A DNA stretch of 64,000 bases from Planctomycetota bacterium. GTDB lineage: Bacteria; Planctomycetota; SZUA-567; H5-PLA8. Below are positions 19,862-30,969 of this stretch, piece after piece (the first letter of the stretch is position 1; each line of letters begins with the position of its first letter). Under the pieces are notes generated by a model that was not told the origin of the DNA, searched no databases, and saw only the letters and a list, made by a program, of their open reading frames with translations. The position numbers and the translations under genes are program-made. Where the stretch lies: positions 32,001-96,000 of the forward strand of contig JBBRPR010000023.1 in the NCBI GenBank assembly GCA_038227875.1. Direction: 5' to 3'.

Positions 19862-20754
19862 TAGTGCGTCAGGTAGTACATCAATACGTTGATGCCCATC
19901 TTGATGCCGTCGAGGTTCTTCTCGGGGGCCCAGTAGCGGGACATCCAGCCGCAGTGCAGGTCGCCAGGGGTCGCCACGGTCATCAGGCGGCCGGTGCCTT
20001 TTTCGAAGAGGCCCCACGCGCCGTGATCGACACCCTGCATCACCGGGCAGCTCTTGAAATTGAAGTAGCAGCGGTAGATCTCGTGGTTGTCGGGGATGCG
20101 GCGCATCGGGTTGTCGGGGAAGAGCGAATTGATGATGCGGACGTAATCCATGAAGAAGCGATCGCCGTCGATGCCGCTGGAGGAACCTTCGCGGACTTTG
20201 TATTCGAAGTTTTCCCCGAGGTCGGTCTTGCAGATGCGGCCCTTGGTGTTGGGATGGCAGCAGTCGTCGGCATGCACGAATCCGCCGCGCAGCAGGAACT
20301 CGCGCAGGTTTTCGGCGTGCTTCGGGTGCAGATCGAATTCGGTTTCCGAGGTCATGAAGACGTAGGGATACTTCGACATCTTGTCGAGGTCGTCGAGCTC
20401 GACGACAACCGAATCCTGGCTGCAGTTGATGTTGGTCAGTTCGGAAAGTTTGCGGCGCAGAATTTCATCGCCCGACGGGCCAACGTCCCAGATGTCGTGC
20501 TTTTCGTCGCGCACGTGGAACTTCAAACGCGGGAAGAAGAATTCGCCCGTCTTGACGGCGCCTTCCTTCTTGCCTTCGCGGTAGGGTCCCGTCGGCGCGG
20601 GGGCGTCTTCGCCGGCCTGGAGGCTGGTGAAGAGCGTGCCGAGCGTGGTGGCGAAGCCGGCGCCGCCGATCATGGCGACACTGGATTTCAAAAACGAGCG
20701 GCGGCCGTAGTCGTCCTCAACCACTGGACGATAGGGGGGAAGAATCTTGGACAT
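19861..20754 (-). CDS. DUF4159 domain protein with twin-arginine (Tat) signal
   Basis: GRRSFLK Tat motif. DUF4159-like motifs YPYVFMT, NLREFL.RGGF..ADDC, IP..HEIY..YF, DL.CGW and KMGINV..Y.LTH. Confidence 0.85.
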   Translation of the reverse strand: MSKILPPYRPVVEDDYGRRSFLKSSVAMIGGAGFATTLGTLFTSLQAGEDAPAPTGPYREGKKEGAVKTGEFFFPRLKFHVRDEKHDIWDVGPSGDEILRRKLSELTNINCSQDSVVVELDDLDKMSKYPYVFMTSETEFDLHPKHAENLREFLLRGGFVHADDCCHPNTKGRICKTDLGENFEYKVREGSSSGIDGDRFFMDYVRIINSLFPDNPMRRIPDNHEIYRCYFNFKSCPVMQGVDHGAWGLFEKGTGRLMTVATPGDLHCGWMSRYWAPEKNLDGIKMGINVLMYYLTH

Positions 20755-21203
20755 GAATCGGACCTCCGCCGTACGTAATGCAGCTGCGCCAGACTGACGT
20801 TCGCCAGTACTTACTCTTCAGTACACCGCGAAATGAGCAGAACCTTCCATCATTTCCAAATTATACAACGTGCATTTTTACGCTTTCGGTGTAAGTAAAG
20901 CAATAGAAATGTTTCTTACTGTGGGGATCCAGGGTTAGAGGCGTTTGGAAAAGTTGCGGCCCGCGCGTTCAATTTTTCGCAGTGGTAATGATTGAAGGGT
21001 TGAGCTGCCGTGTTACGAAGAGAAAAGAAAGTAGCACGCGTATTTGGGCGTGCGAAAATGCTGTCCAGAAAAATCCGGTAAAAATTTGCGACACGGCGAG
21101 CGTTTGCGTTGTAGTAGTAAGCGTTCTTCGCAACACAAATTGGCACATCAGATCTTTCGCACCGTACCTTACACTTGGTCTTGGCCGTACCGGGAGGCAT
21201 CAC

Positions 21204-22196
<993 letters not shown>

Positions 22197-22201
22197 GGCG
22201 A

Positions 22202-22335
22202 AATGTCGAATGTCGAATGTCGAACGACGAAGGAAGAAGTGGGAAGGCCGAATTGCGAGGCTTGAGTCGTAAAGAAGTGAAGCACATCACTAACGAATAG
22301 ACGAACTCGGCATTCGACATTCGTCATTCGACATT
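22202..22335. repeat. Heptamer tandem-repeat hairpin (GAATGTC...GACATTC)
   Basis: AATGTC-GAATGTC-GAATGTC-GAACGAC left arm and inverted CATTCGA-CATTCGT-CATTCGA-CATT right arm fill the moxR1-moxR2 spacer. Confidence 0.85.
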
Positions 22336-22348
22336 AACTGGAGATGTT

Positions 22349-23374
22349 ATGGCTATTTCTGACGGACTGACCGAAGCGCAGGTGAAAGACCTCGTCGACA
22401 AGCTGAAGGTCAGCAAGGCGAAGATTCTTTCGGAGCTGCGCAAGGCCGTGATCGGGCAGGAACAGGTGGTCGACGAAGTGCTCATGTCGTTCTTCGCCGG
22501 TTCGCACTGTCTGATCACCGGCGTTCCCGGCCTGGCCAAAACGCTGCTGATCAAAAGCATTGGTGAAATTCTCGACCTGCAGTTCCGGCGCATCCAGTTC
22601 ACGCCCGATTTGATGCCCTCCGACATCACCGGCACGGAAGTGCTGGAAGAAGACCACGAAACCAAAAAGCGTGTCCTGCGCTTCAAGCCCGGCCCGCTCT
22701 TCGGCAACATCATTCTCGCCGACGAAATCAACCGCACGCCGCCCAAAACGCAGGCCGCGCTGCTGGAGGCGATGCAGGAACACCAGATCACCGTCGCCGG
22801 CATCACGCGCAAGCTGCCCGAACCGTTTTTCGTGCTCGCCACGCAGAATCCGATCGAACAGGAAGGCACCTACGCGCTCCCGCAGATCCAGCAGGACCGC
22901 TTCATGTTCTCTTCGATCATCGGGCATCTGCCGCGCGACCAGGAAGTGGCCGTGATCGAACAGACCACGCGCTCAAAGACCGTGACGCTGGAACGGGTAA
23001 TGGGCGGCGAAGAGTTGCTCCATTATCAGCGCATCGTCCGCGAAGTTCCCGTCGTCGAGCCGATCGTGCGCTACGCCGTGAAGCTCGCCGCCTGCAGCCG
23101 CCCTGGCGAAAAAGGGGCGCCGGATTTCGTGCGCGATTACGTCGCCTGGGGCGCATCGGCGCGCGCGTCGATCAACCTGGTGCTCGCCGCCAAAGCGCGC
23201 GCGGTGCTCGACGGCCGCTTCCACGTTTCGATCAAGGACATCCAGGCCGTCTCTCTGCCGGTCCTGCGTCACCGCATCGTCACCAATTTCCGCGCCGAAT
23301 CGGCGCGCATCAAGAGCGAAGATCTGATCAAGAAACTGCTGGAGTTCGTCAAGCCGCCCAGCAGCGGCCTGTAA
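22349..23374 (+). CDS. MoxR-family AAA+ ATPase (paralogue 2)
   Basis: GVPGLAKT, RIQFTPDLMPSDITG, DEINR, ATQNPIEQEGTY and VLRHRI. Confidence 0.95.
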   Translation: MAISDGLTEAQVKDLVDKLKVSKAKILSELRKAVIGQEQVVDEVLMSFFAGSHCLITGVPGLAKTLLIKSIGEILDLQFRRIQFTPDLMPSDITGTEVLEEDHETKKRVLRFKPGPLFGNIILADEINRTPPKTQAALLEAMQEHQITVAGITRKLPEPFFVLATQNPIEQEGTYALPQIQQDRFMFSSIIGHLPRDQEVAVIEQTTRSKTVTLERVMGGEELLHYQRIVREVPVVEPIVRYAVKLAACSRPGEKGAPDFVRDYVAWGASARASINLVLAAKARAVLDGRFHVSIKDIQAVSLPVLRHRIVTNFRAESARIKSEDLIKKLLEFVKPPSSGL

Positions 23375-23375
23375 A

Positions 23376-23499
23376 CGAATGTCGAATTTTTCGAACTTCG
23401 AATGCGTGAGAGTTTACGGAGGACTCGAATGACGAAATGGTAAAGTGACGCGTGCGGCCGCTTGCGCATTCGACATTCGACATTCGTCATTCGACATTC
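23376..23499. repeat. Heptamer tandem-repeat hairpin (GAATGTC family)
   Basis: CGAATGTCGAA/CGAATGACGAA left units; right arm CATTCGA-CATTCGA-CATTCGT-CATTCGA-CATTC ends just before the DUF58 ATG. Confidence 0.85.
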
Positions 23500-23501
23500 A
23501 C

Positions 23502-24401
23502 ATGGCTGACTTCAAATACCTCGACTTTGAAACGCTGGGCCGCATCAAGAACATGCAGATGCTGGCCAAGGGCGTGGTGGAAGGATTCATCCTCGGCCTC
23601 CACCGCTCGCCGTACCGCGGCTTCAGCGTCGAGTTTGCCGAATACCGCCAGTACGTCGCCGGCGACGAGATCAAGCATCTCGACTGGAAGGTCTTCGGCA
23701 AGTCCGACCGCTATTACATCAAGCAGTTCGAAGAAGAAACGAATCTCGCCTGCAACATCCTGGTCGATTGTTCGCCGTCGATGGCCTACAAGGGCGACAC
23801 GTCGACGTTTTCGAAATTGGAATACGCCTGCCGCATGGCCGCGTGCCTGTCGTACATGATGATCGGCCAGCGCGACGCGACGGGCTTGATGGTCTTCGAC
23901 AACAAGATCCAGCACATGCTCCCCGCGCGCGGCAGTCCCGCGCACCGCCAGTTGATGCTCACGACGCTCGACAACGTCAAGCCCGGCCCCGGCGACACCG
24001 ACCTGGCCGGCCCGATGCATCAGCTCGCCGAAACGCTCAAGAAGAAGGGTTTGATCATCCTGATCTCCGATCTGCTCGACGATCCGATCAAGGTGATGAG
24101 CGCGCTGCAGCACTTCCGTTTCATGGGCAACGAAGTGATCGTCTTTCACGTGCTCGACAACGACGAAGTCTTCTTCCCGTTCGATACGATGACGGAATTC
24201 ACCGACAGCGAAACGCACCAGCAGGTCCGCGTCGCACCGCAATCCGTGCGCAGCGAATACATCGCCGAGTTCGACCGTTTCTTCGGCGCGTACCGCAAAG
24301 GCTGCGCGGATTTGAACGTCGACTACAAGTTGTTGAACACAAAGTCGAACCTGGAGCTGGCGTTGAGCGAGTACTTGTATTGGCGCTCGCGGTCGTTCTA
24401 A
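23502..24401 (+). CDS. DUF58 domain (vWA-like) protein
   Basis: G.HRSP..GFSVEFAEYRQY..GD....DWK, KQFEEET, MIDAS DCSPS and IISD. Confidence 0.93.
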   Translation: MADFKYLDFETLGRIKNMQMLAKGVVEGFILGLHRSPYRGFSVEFAEYRQYVAGDEIKHLDWKVFGKSDRYYIKQFEEETNLACNILVDCSPSMAYKGDTSTFSKLEYACRMAACLSYMMIGQRDATGLMVFDNKIQHMLPARGSPAHRQLMLTTLDNVKPGPGDTDLAGPMHQLAETLKKKGLIILISDLLDDPIKVMSALQHFRFMGNEVIVFHVLDNDEVFFPFDTMTEFTDSETHQQVRVAPQSVRSEYIAEFDRFFGAYRKGCADLNVDYKLLNTKSNLELALSEYLYWRSRSF

Positions 24402-24418
24402 GCGCGGCCCTGCGGCCG

Positions 24419-24453
24419 AGGGGCCAGGGGCCAGAGCAGAGCGTACGCAGGGG
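24419..24453. repeat. Heptamer repeat (AGGGGCC)2 plus a 27-bp motif shared with 26629-26655
   Basis: GGGGCCAGAGCAGAGCGTACGCAGGGG versus GGGGTCAGAATAGAGCGTAGGCAGGGG (4 mismatches). Confidence 0.7.
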
Positions 24454-24527
24454 CGGACGGAATTGGTGTTGGATTGGGAACAGTTTGTAAGAAGTAGGCA
24501 GTAACCCGAACGACCTGGGAAAAATAC

Positions 24528-26594
24528 ATGGCGTTTCTCAATCCACTTTATCTCGCCGGACTCACGGGCATCGCGCTGCCGATCCTGATTCACATCCTTC
24601 AGCGCGATCGTGTCCGCAAGATCATCTTCCCAGCGACGCGGTTTTTGCTTGGCGCTTCCAAGCGCATCACGCGCACGCAGCAGCTGCGCGAACTGATTTT
24701 GATGATCCTTCGGGCCATCGTCATGGCGCTGCTTGCGGTGGCACTCTGCCGGCCGTTCTTTATTCAAGGCGGCGCCGACGCTGCGGGGATGGCGGAAGGT
24801 GGCAAGGCGGCTGTGATCGTGATGGACGTTTCCGGTTCGATGCGCATCGGCTCGCGCATGGACGAAGCGAAAAAGCAGGCGCAGGAGATGCTCGCCAAAT
24901 ACCGCCCGCAGCTTGACCGCGTGGCTTTGATTACGTTCGATCATGAAACTAATCTCGCGGTGCCGATGACCGGCGACTTGAAGCAGGTCGGTGGCGCAAT
25001 CGACGCGCTGAAGGCCGGCTACGGCGGCACCAATCTGGCCGCGGCGATGCAGCGTGCCAACCAGGCGCTCCAGGCCAACGATGTTAAAAACGCGGTCCGC
25101 GAAATCGGCGTCTTCTCCGATCTACAGCGCAACGGATGGGCGACGTACCACGGCGATTGGAAGCTCGCGCCGGGCGTTACGCTCCTGCCGACGAAATTGC
25201 TCTCGCTAAAAACCGCCGAGAACGTGGCGATCACGCAGGTCGCAATCCCCAAGAGCACCGTGGTCTCCGCGCGAAACGAATCGGTCAGCTTGCAGCTCGT
25301 GAATTTCGGGACGCAGGATCGCCCGGGCCTGAAGGTCGCGCTCAATGTCGACGGCACGAAGGTCGACGAGAAGGAAGTGAACCTCGGACCCAGCAAGACC
25401 GAGATCGTGCGCTTCAACTACAAGTTCGACAAGCCCGGCGACTGCGCCGGCACACTCACCGTCGACGCGAAGGACGATTTCGCCGAAGACAACAGCTACT
25501 ACTTCAACGTCCGCGTGCTGCCGCAGGTGCTGGTGCTGCTGGTCAACGGATCGCCGAGCAAAGTGGCGGCTCAGGACGACGGCCGTTTCGTCGCCGAAGC
25601 GCTCTCTGTCGCTGGATCGCCTTTCCAAATCAAAGAAATTGCTCCCGACAAGCTCACGCCAAAGGACCTGGAAGGTGCGCAAGCGGTCGTCTTCACCAAC
25701 GTCAACAGCCTGGCCGGAAACATGACGCCGGCGCTGCTGAAGTTCGTCGAAAGCGGCGGCGGATTGTTCATCTTCCCCGGCGATAAAGTGCAGCCCGACG
25801 ATTTCAACAAGAGCTTCGCCGGCATCGCACCCTGCCGCCTGAAAAACGTTGTGGCTCAGAACGAAAAAGGCGACGGATGGACGATCGGCGAAATCGATTT
25901 CCAGCACCCGATCTTCACCCACTTCTCGACACCGCAGAGCGGCGATTTCACCAGCGCGAAGTTCACGAAGTATTACGCGATCACCGATTCGCAGGCTTCG
26001 CGTGTCTTGGCGCGCTTCATTGACGGCCGTCCCGCGCTGCTCGAACAGAGCATCGGCAAGGGCTACACGATGCTCTTTACATCCACCGCCGGCATGAAGT
26101 GGAACGACCTGTGCCTGCAGGGCGGCATCTTCGTCCCGTTCATCCACGAAGCCTTGAAGTACCTCTCGGTGCACAGCGAAGGCGTGACGACCGTGCAGTT
26201 GGGCGACGCGCTGCAATTCAATTCGCCGAATGTCGAAGTGACGTCGCCGGACGGCACGAAATTTTCCGTGCAGGAAGGCGCGAACACCGTGACCGTAGCG
26301 AAGGTGCCAGGACTCTACACGGTCAAGGACGGCGATAAGAATCTGCGTCTGGCGATCAACATGCCGCGCGAAGAATCCGATCCCGCCACGCTCGACGGCG
26401 ACGAAATGGCCTCCGCGTTGGCCAGCAAAGGCGAACAGAAAGAGATCGAAGGCGTAAAAGTCTGGGTCGCGCCGACTTCCTCCATGAAGGAGCGCATCGA
26501 AAGCGGCCAGATGATCGGCTGGTACCTGTTGATCGCGCTGCTGGCGCTGCTGATGGGCGAGCATCTTCTGGCGAACAATACGTCGAGAAATTGA
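24528..26594 (+). CDS. BatA N-terminal double-TM domain + vWA + Ig/CARDB + GATase-like membrane protein
   Basis: MAFLNP.YL.GL....LPILIH, FPATRFL, LCRP, MIDAS DVSGS, D.F.EDN, FVE.GGGL.IFPG, NMP.EESD and a C-terminal TM. Confidence 0.9.
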   Translation: MAFLNPLYLAGLTGIALPILIHILQRDRVRKIIFPATRFLLGASKRITRTQQLRELILMILRAIVMALLAVALCRPFFIQGGADAAGMAEGGKAAVIVMDVSGSMRIGSRMDEAKKQAQEMLAKYRPQLDRVALITFDHETNLAVPMTGDLKQVGGAIDALKAGYGGTNLAAAMQRANQALQANDVKNAVREIGVFSDLQRNGWATYHGDWKLAPGVTLLPTKLLSLKTAENVAITQVAIPKSTVVSARNESVSLQLVNFGTQDRPGLKVALNVDGTKVDEKEVNLGPSKTEIVRFNYKFDKPGDCAGTLTVDAKDDFAEDNSYYFNVRVLPQVLVLLVNGSPSKVAAQDDGRFVAEALSVAGSPFQIKEIAPDKLTPKDLEGAQAVVFTNVNSLAGNMTPALLKFVESGGGLFIFPGDKVQPDDFNKSFAGIAPCRLKNVVAQNEKGDGWTIGEIDFQHPIFTHFSTPQSGDFTSAKFTKYYAITDSQASRVLARFIDGRPALLEQSIGKGYTMLFTSTAGMKWNDLCLQGGIFVPFIHEALKYLSVHSEGVTTVQLGDALQFNSPNVEVTSPDGTKFSVQEGANTVTVAKVPGLYTVKDGDKNLRLAINMPREESDPATLDGDEMASALASKGEQKEIEGVKVWVAPTSSMKERIESGQMIGWYLLIALLALLMGEHLLANNTSRN

Positions 26595-26614
26595 GCGCGA
26601 GCAGCCTTGCCGAG

Positions 26615-26806
26615 GGGGTCACGGGTCAGGGGTCAGAATAGAGCGTAGGCAGGGGGAAGTCGGGTAGGTCATTGAGATTTGGTGGATTGTTGGAGCACTA
26701 AGTAACACGCGTGGCAGTCTGCCCTCTGCCTTCTCGCTCGCACAACGGCAGAGCGCCCATGACCCGCGCGCGCCCATATCCAACTCTGACCCCAGAGCCT
26801 TAGACC
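26615..26806. repeat. Heptamer repeat element (GGGGTCA family) with a distant inverted arm
   Basis: GGGGTCA-CGGGTCA-GGGGTCA-GA on the left; TCTGACCCC at 26785-26793 on the right. Confidence 0.65.
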
Positions 26807-26882
26807 TACGCGTCCCTTGGATTTCTGAGAACAAAACACTCCCGCGGGTGTAATATAATGTAGGAATCGGGCGGAGGAACTT

Positions 26883-29800
26883 ATGGCGCAGAATTATCTT
26901 GAACTTCAGGGGCATCTTGACCGGGTGCGCTGGGCGTGGAAACGCGCGGCGGCACTGCAGGGTCTGGCCACCGTGGTGATCGAAGGCCTCGGCATGTTCC
27001 TGCTCTTCATTCTGCTCGATTACATCTACGTGCTGCCGCAGGGCGCACGCGTGGGCACGCTGGCGCTGATGGGCGCGATCCTGGCCTTCTTCTTTGTCCG
27101 CCATGTCATCCGCCCGCTGCTGCGCCCCATCTCCGACGAACAGATCGCGATGTACATCGAAGAACGCCAAGTGGACACCGAAGGCGCGCTGCTCACGGCG
27201 ACGTCCGTGGGTCTGGCCACCGGCGGCGAGAAATCGCCGATGCATGATTTTATCGTCGAAAACATCGTCCAGTCCGCGGTCGCAAAAGCCGGACAGATTC
27301 AGCTCTCACGTGTGCTCAATCTCGCCAAGCTGCGCAAGTACGCGATTGCGGCGTGCGTTCTGCTGCTCTTCTTTGGCATCAGCGCGCTGCGTTACTCGAC
27401 GTTCTTCGCGCGCTACGCCGGCCGCCTCTTGATGCCCTGGCACATGACCGAAGAAGACTTGAAAGCCAACGGCGCGCTGATTGATGACGGTCCGAAGATC
27501 AGCTTTGTCGTTTCAATCAACCCCGGCGGCACGCGCGTGATGCGCGGTGCGACGGTGAAGGTGAAAGCCAAGCTCAGCATGATGCCCAGCAGCGACGTTT
27601 ACCTGCAGTTCCGCTCAGCCGGCAATGTCAGCTTTCAGCCGCTGAAGATGGACGAAGTCGACGAACTCAACACGTTCGCGCTCCGCCTGCCGGACGTGAA
27701 CGACGATCTGGAAATGTTCGTGCAGGCCGGGCTGCAGAGCGCCCAGCGCTCCGATGTGGTCAAGCTCAACGTCTACGATCCGCTTGAACTGAAGGGCTAC
27801 GAAGTCACGCTCGTGCCGCCGGCGTATACCAAAATGCCTGCCGTGACCGAGTTCGGGCCGGCCGGCGACATCACCGCGATGCAGGGCACCAAGGTCAAGC
27901 TGCGTGTCGTCGCCAACACGGCGCTGACCACCGGCGAACTGGTCTTCGATGACGGCAAGAAACTGAAACTGACTGGCGAAACCAACGGTGAAAAAGGCGC
28001 GTTCACGGAATTCACCGTCGAAAAGGACGCCAGCTACACCGTCCGCGTCAGCAGCGCCGACGAACAGACTTCCGACCCCAGCAGCAGCTTCACGATCAAG
28101 GCAACGAAGGACGAACCGCCGTCGGTCGCGGTGGAAACACCGGGCGGGGATCTCTCGACGCATCCCGGAGCTGAAGTCGATTTCCGGGCGAAGGTCTCCG
28201 ACGATGTGGGCATTGCGTCGGTGGAACTGGTTTACGGAACGTCCGGCGCAGGCGCCGACGACAAGACCGACCGCATTCTCCTGCCGCTTGACGGCACCGG
28301 TCCCGGCGATCACACCGCGGCCGTCTCTCTGGCCCTGCCCGATGTCAAGCCGCTGCCCGTTCCGGGCTCGACGCTCTTCTACCATTTTGAAGTGCGCGAC
28401 GTGAAAGGCCAGCCGGCGATCTCCGATATCTACATGCTCAAGGTCCGGCCGTACGAAGTCGCCGGCGCGTTCCCCGATCCCAAGGGTTCGCACCATCATC
28501 CGCACCCGCCCTCGCTGGATCTGATGGTCTTCATCGGCGCGTCCTGGAACATCCAGGCACAAAAGGATCTGATCGAAAAAGCCGACTACGACAAGCGCTG
28601 CGACGACCTGACCGCGCGCATGACCCTGCCCGACGGTTCGCCGCAGAAATTCAAGAAGCCGAAGGCCAGCCTGGTGCCCGCGGATAAGGTTCCGCTGATC
28701 GCCAAGGGCGACGAAATGGTGAAGCTGGGCATCGCCACGCTCCGCGGCCACGATGCAGGCAAGGCGACCGAGCAGTTCCGGGAAGCCGTGGCGCTCTGGA
28801 CGCAGTGCGGCGTGGCGTTCGACATGCAGGACAAGCAGGAAATCAACGAGATCGGCGAGAAGACTGAAAATCAGATCGATCCTATGCAGGAAGCGCTGGG
28901 CTTCCTGAAAATGGACGCGCCGAAGATGGACCAGGAATCACCGAAGTACGACTCGGTGCTGCCTGGTTACAAGCGCGCGCTGAAGCCTGAAGAAGCGAAG
29001 GAACTGAAAGACAAGGCCGCCGATCTGCAAAAACGCGAACAGCAGCTGCTGGAAGAAGCGAAGAAGCTGGCGATGCTGAAAGTGGATCCCACCGAACAGA
29101 AACCCGGCGAAGCGAAGCCAGGCGAAGAAAAGCCGGGCGAAGCGAAACCCGGGGAAGAGAAGCCCGGCGATCCCAAAGAGGGCGATCAGAAACCCGGTGA
29201 CCAGAAACCTGGCGAACCCAAAGTAGCCAACGCCGATAACAAGCCTGGCGAAAATAAGCCTGGTGAAAATAAACCCGGCGACAACAAGCCGGGAGATAAC
29301 AAGCCGGGCGAGGAAAAGCCGGGAGAACAGAAACCCGGTGGGCAGGTGGCCGAAGGACATCCGGAGACCAAACCCGGCGCGCCCGGCGAAGCCCGGCCGA
29401 CCGATCCCAACGCGGCCCAGACCGCCGATCGCAACGAACGCGCGCAGGATCTGCAGCACAAGCAGGAGCAACTCGCGGGCGAAGCCCGGCAGCTCGAACG
29501 TCAGGCCGCCGCGCACACGGCCAATGCCGACAAGAACACCAAGGAAATTCTCGACCACTTCCGCGCCACCACCCGGCAGATGGACGCCGCCGTGACGCAG
29601 ATGAAGGAAGGCAATCTCCAGCAGGCCGCTGCGCACGGCGAAGAAGCGCGCCGCGAACTGCGCTCCGCCGTCGACAAGCTCCAGGTCTCGCAGTTCGACA
29701 ATCTCGACCAGGCCGTCGCCGCTGCCGATGAACGCGCCGGACAGATTGCCGAAGCGCAGAAGCACATCCGCGAAGGCACGAAGAAAGTCATCGACGACGC

Positions 29801-30968
29801 CAAGGCTCGCAACGCCAAGACGCCCAACGCACCGGCCACCGATCCCAAGACTGGCGAAGCGAAACTCAATCCGCAAGACGTTCAGAAGCTGCAGGGACTG
29901 GCCAAGCTCCAGATGGAAAATCAGCAGAACGCCGAGAATCTCGACAAGTACGTCGGCGAACTGGAGAAGTGGGCCGAGCAGATGCATAAGACCGAGACCG
30001 CGGAAAACCTGCGCAAGGCCGGCCGCACGATGAAACTGGAAGACGTTGCCGGCGCGATGCGCACGACCGCGGTGAACCTCGCACAGTCGGAAGTCACCGA
30101 CGCAACAGAGACGCAGGGCAAGCTCGACAGGACGCTCGAGAAAGTCGCCGCGAATCTGCAGGCCGCCAATGGCTCGCTGGCGCAGACCAGCGAACAGAAG
30201 CTCAAGCGCGCCGCCGCTGAAGCCAAGGAGATCATCGCCAAGGCTGAACTCCTCGCCAACGCCGACGGTAAAGAGGGCAAGGAAGGCAAGAACGATCCCA
30301 ACGCCGCGCAGAAGCCCGGCGATGAGAACAAGCCCGGGGATAGGAAGGACGACGGCGGCAAACCCGGCGACAAAAAAGACGACACCAAGACCGCTGACGC
30401 CAACAAGCCTGGCGACAAGAACGACAAGAACGACAAGAATCAGCCGGGCGACAAGAAGGACGACGGCGCGAAGAACCCGGACACGAAGACCGCCGACGCG
30501 AACAAGCCCGGTGATAAGAACGACGGCAAGGGCGACCAGAATGCCGCCGATGCCAATAAGAACGATAACAAGGGCGACAAAGTCGCTGACAACAAGCAGG
30601 GCAAGGGCGATAAGAACGACAAGAAAGCGCTCACGCCGGAGCAGCGCAGAGAACTTCAGGGCGAACTGATGCGCGACACGCAGCGCCTGGTCAAGCGCAT
30701 CGAACAGGACAAGCTCGCCGACGGCAAGCTCCAGCCGCATCTCGAAACGATCAAGTCGGAAAAGTCGTGGGAAGAAATGTTCAAGGAAGGTAAGAAGACG
30801 CAGCTCGACAAGTACCTCGGCTCCGTCCACGCCGTCTCGTCGCACCTGGAAGACAAGCTGGAAATGCTGTTGAAAGCCAAGCGCCTCAGCGCCGCCCAGC
30901 GCGAGCAGACGCCGATCCAGTACCGCGACATGGTCAACAAGTACTACGAGCAATTGGCGAAGGAGTAG
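26883..30968 (+). CDS. Large DUF4175-like membrane protein: 3 TM, Ig-like domains, coiled coils and KPG low-complexity repeats
   Basis: N-terminal TMs, PPAYT, D.PP.V....PG.D, DDVGI, a long Q/E/K/A helical region and C-terminal P..YR..V..YYE.L. Confidence 0.85.
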   Translation: MAQNYLELQGHLDRVRWAWKRAAALQGLATVVIEGLGMFLLFILLDYIYVLPQGARVGTLALMGAILAFFFVRHVIRPLLRPISDEQIAMYIEERQVDTEGALLTATSVGLATGGEKSPMHDFIVENIVQSAVAKAGQIQLSRVLNLAKLRKYAIAACVLLLFFGISALRYSTFFARYAGRLLMPWHMTEEDLKANGALIDDGPKISFVVSINPGGTRVMRGATVKVKAKLSMMPSSDVYLQFRSAGNVSFQPLKMDEVDELNTFALRLPDVNDDLEMFVQAGLQSAQRSDVVKLNVYDPLELKGYEVTLVPPAYTKMPAVTEFGPAGDITAMQGTKVKLRVVANTALTTGELVFDDGKKLKLTGETNGEKGAFTEFTVEKDASYTVRVSSADEQTSDPSSSFTIKATKDEPPSVAVETPGGDLSTHPGAEVDFRAKVSDDVGIASVELVYGTSGAGADDKTDRILLPLDGTGPGDHTAAVSLALPDVKPLPVPGSTLFYHFEVRDVKGQPAISDIYMLKVRPYEVAGAFPDPKGSHHHPHPPSLDLMVFIGASWNIQAQKDLIEKADYDKRCDDLTARMTLPDGSPQKFKKPKASLVPADKVPLIAKGDEMVKLGIATLRGHDAGKATEQFREAVALWTQCGVAFDMQDKQEINEIGEKTENQIDPMQEALGFLKMDAPKMDQESPKYDSVLPGYKRALKPEEAKELKDKAADLQKREQQLLEEAKKLAMLKVDPTEQKPGEAKPGEEKPGEAKPGEEKPGDPKEGDQKPGDQKPGEPKVANADNKPGENKPGENKPGDNKPGDNKPGEEKPGEQKPGGQVAEGHPETKPGAPGEARPTDPNAAQTADRNERAQDLQHKQEQLAGEARQLERQAAAHTANADKNTKEILDHFRATTRQMDAAVTQMKEGNLQQAAAHGEEARRELRSAVDKLQVSQFDNLDQAVAAADERAGQIAEAQKHIREGTKKVIDDAKARNAKTPNAPATDPKTGEAKLNPQDVQKLQGLAKLQMENQQNAENLDKYVGELEKWAEQMHKTETAENLRKAGRTMKLEDVAGAMRTTAVNLAQSEVTDATETQGKLDRTLEKVAANLQAANGSLAQTSEQKLKRAAAEAKEIIAKAELLANADGKEGKEGKNDPNAAQKPGDENKPGDRKDDGGKPGDKKDDTKTADANKPGDKNDKNDKNQPGDKKDDGAKNPDTKTADANKPGDKNDGKGDQNAADANKNDNKGDKVADNKQGKGDKNDKKALTPEQRRELQGELMRDTQRLVKRIEQDKLADGKLQPHLETIKSEKSWEEMFKEGKKTQLDKYLGSVHAVSSHLEDKLEMLLKAKRLSAAQREQTPIQYRDMVNKYYEQLAKE
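29095..29340 (+). repeat. In-frame pentapeptide repeat (xxKPG)n within the DUF4175-like protein
   Basis: EQKPG EAKPG EEKPG EAKPG EEKPG ... ENKPG ENKPG DNKPG DNKPG EEKPG EQKPG. A second K/D/N/G-rich block lies at about 30270-30630. Confidence 0.85.
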
Positions 30969-30969
30969 T

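Noticed and set aside
21141..21155. TGGCAC upstream of moxR1 as a sigma-54 promoter
   Set aside because: There is no GC at the -12 position (GG-N10 is followed by CT).
22202..23499. Heptamer repeats as a possible CRISPR array
   Set aside because: The units are 7-bp tandem repeats without unique 30-40-bp spacers, and no cas genes are present.
26854..26859. TATAAT upstream of the DUF4175-like gene as an internal sigma-70 promoter
   Set aside because: A perfect -10 hexamer is present but there is no matching -35 at 16-18 bp. It is plausible but not supportable from sequence alone.
29095..29340. Collagen-like repeat or DGR variable region
   Set aside because: The period is 5 residues rather than Gly-X-Y. 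There is no template/variable repeat pair with adenine-specific differences and no reverse transcriptase.
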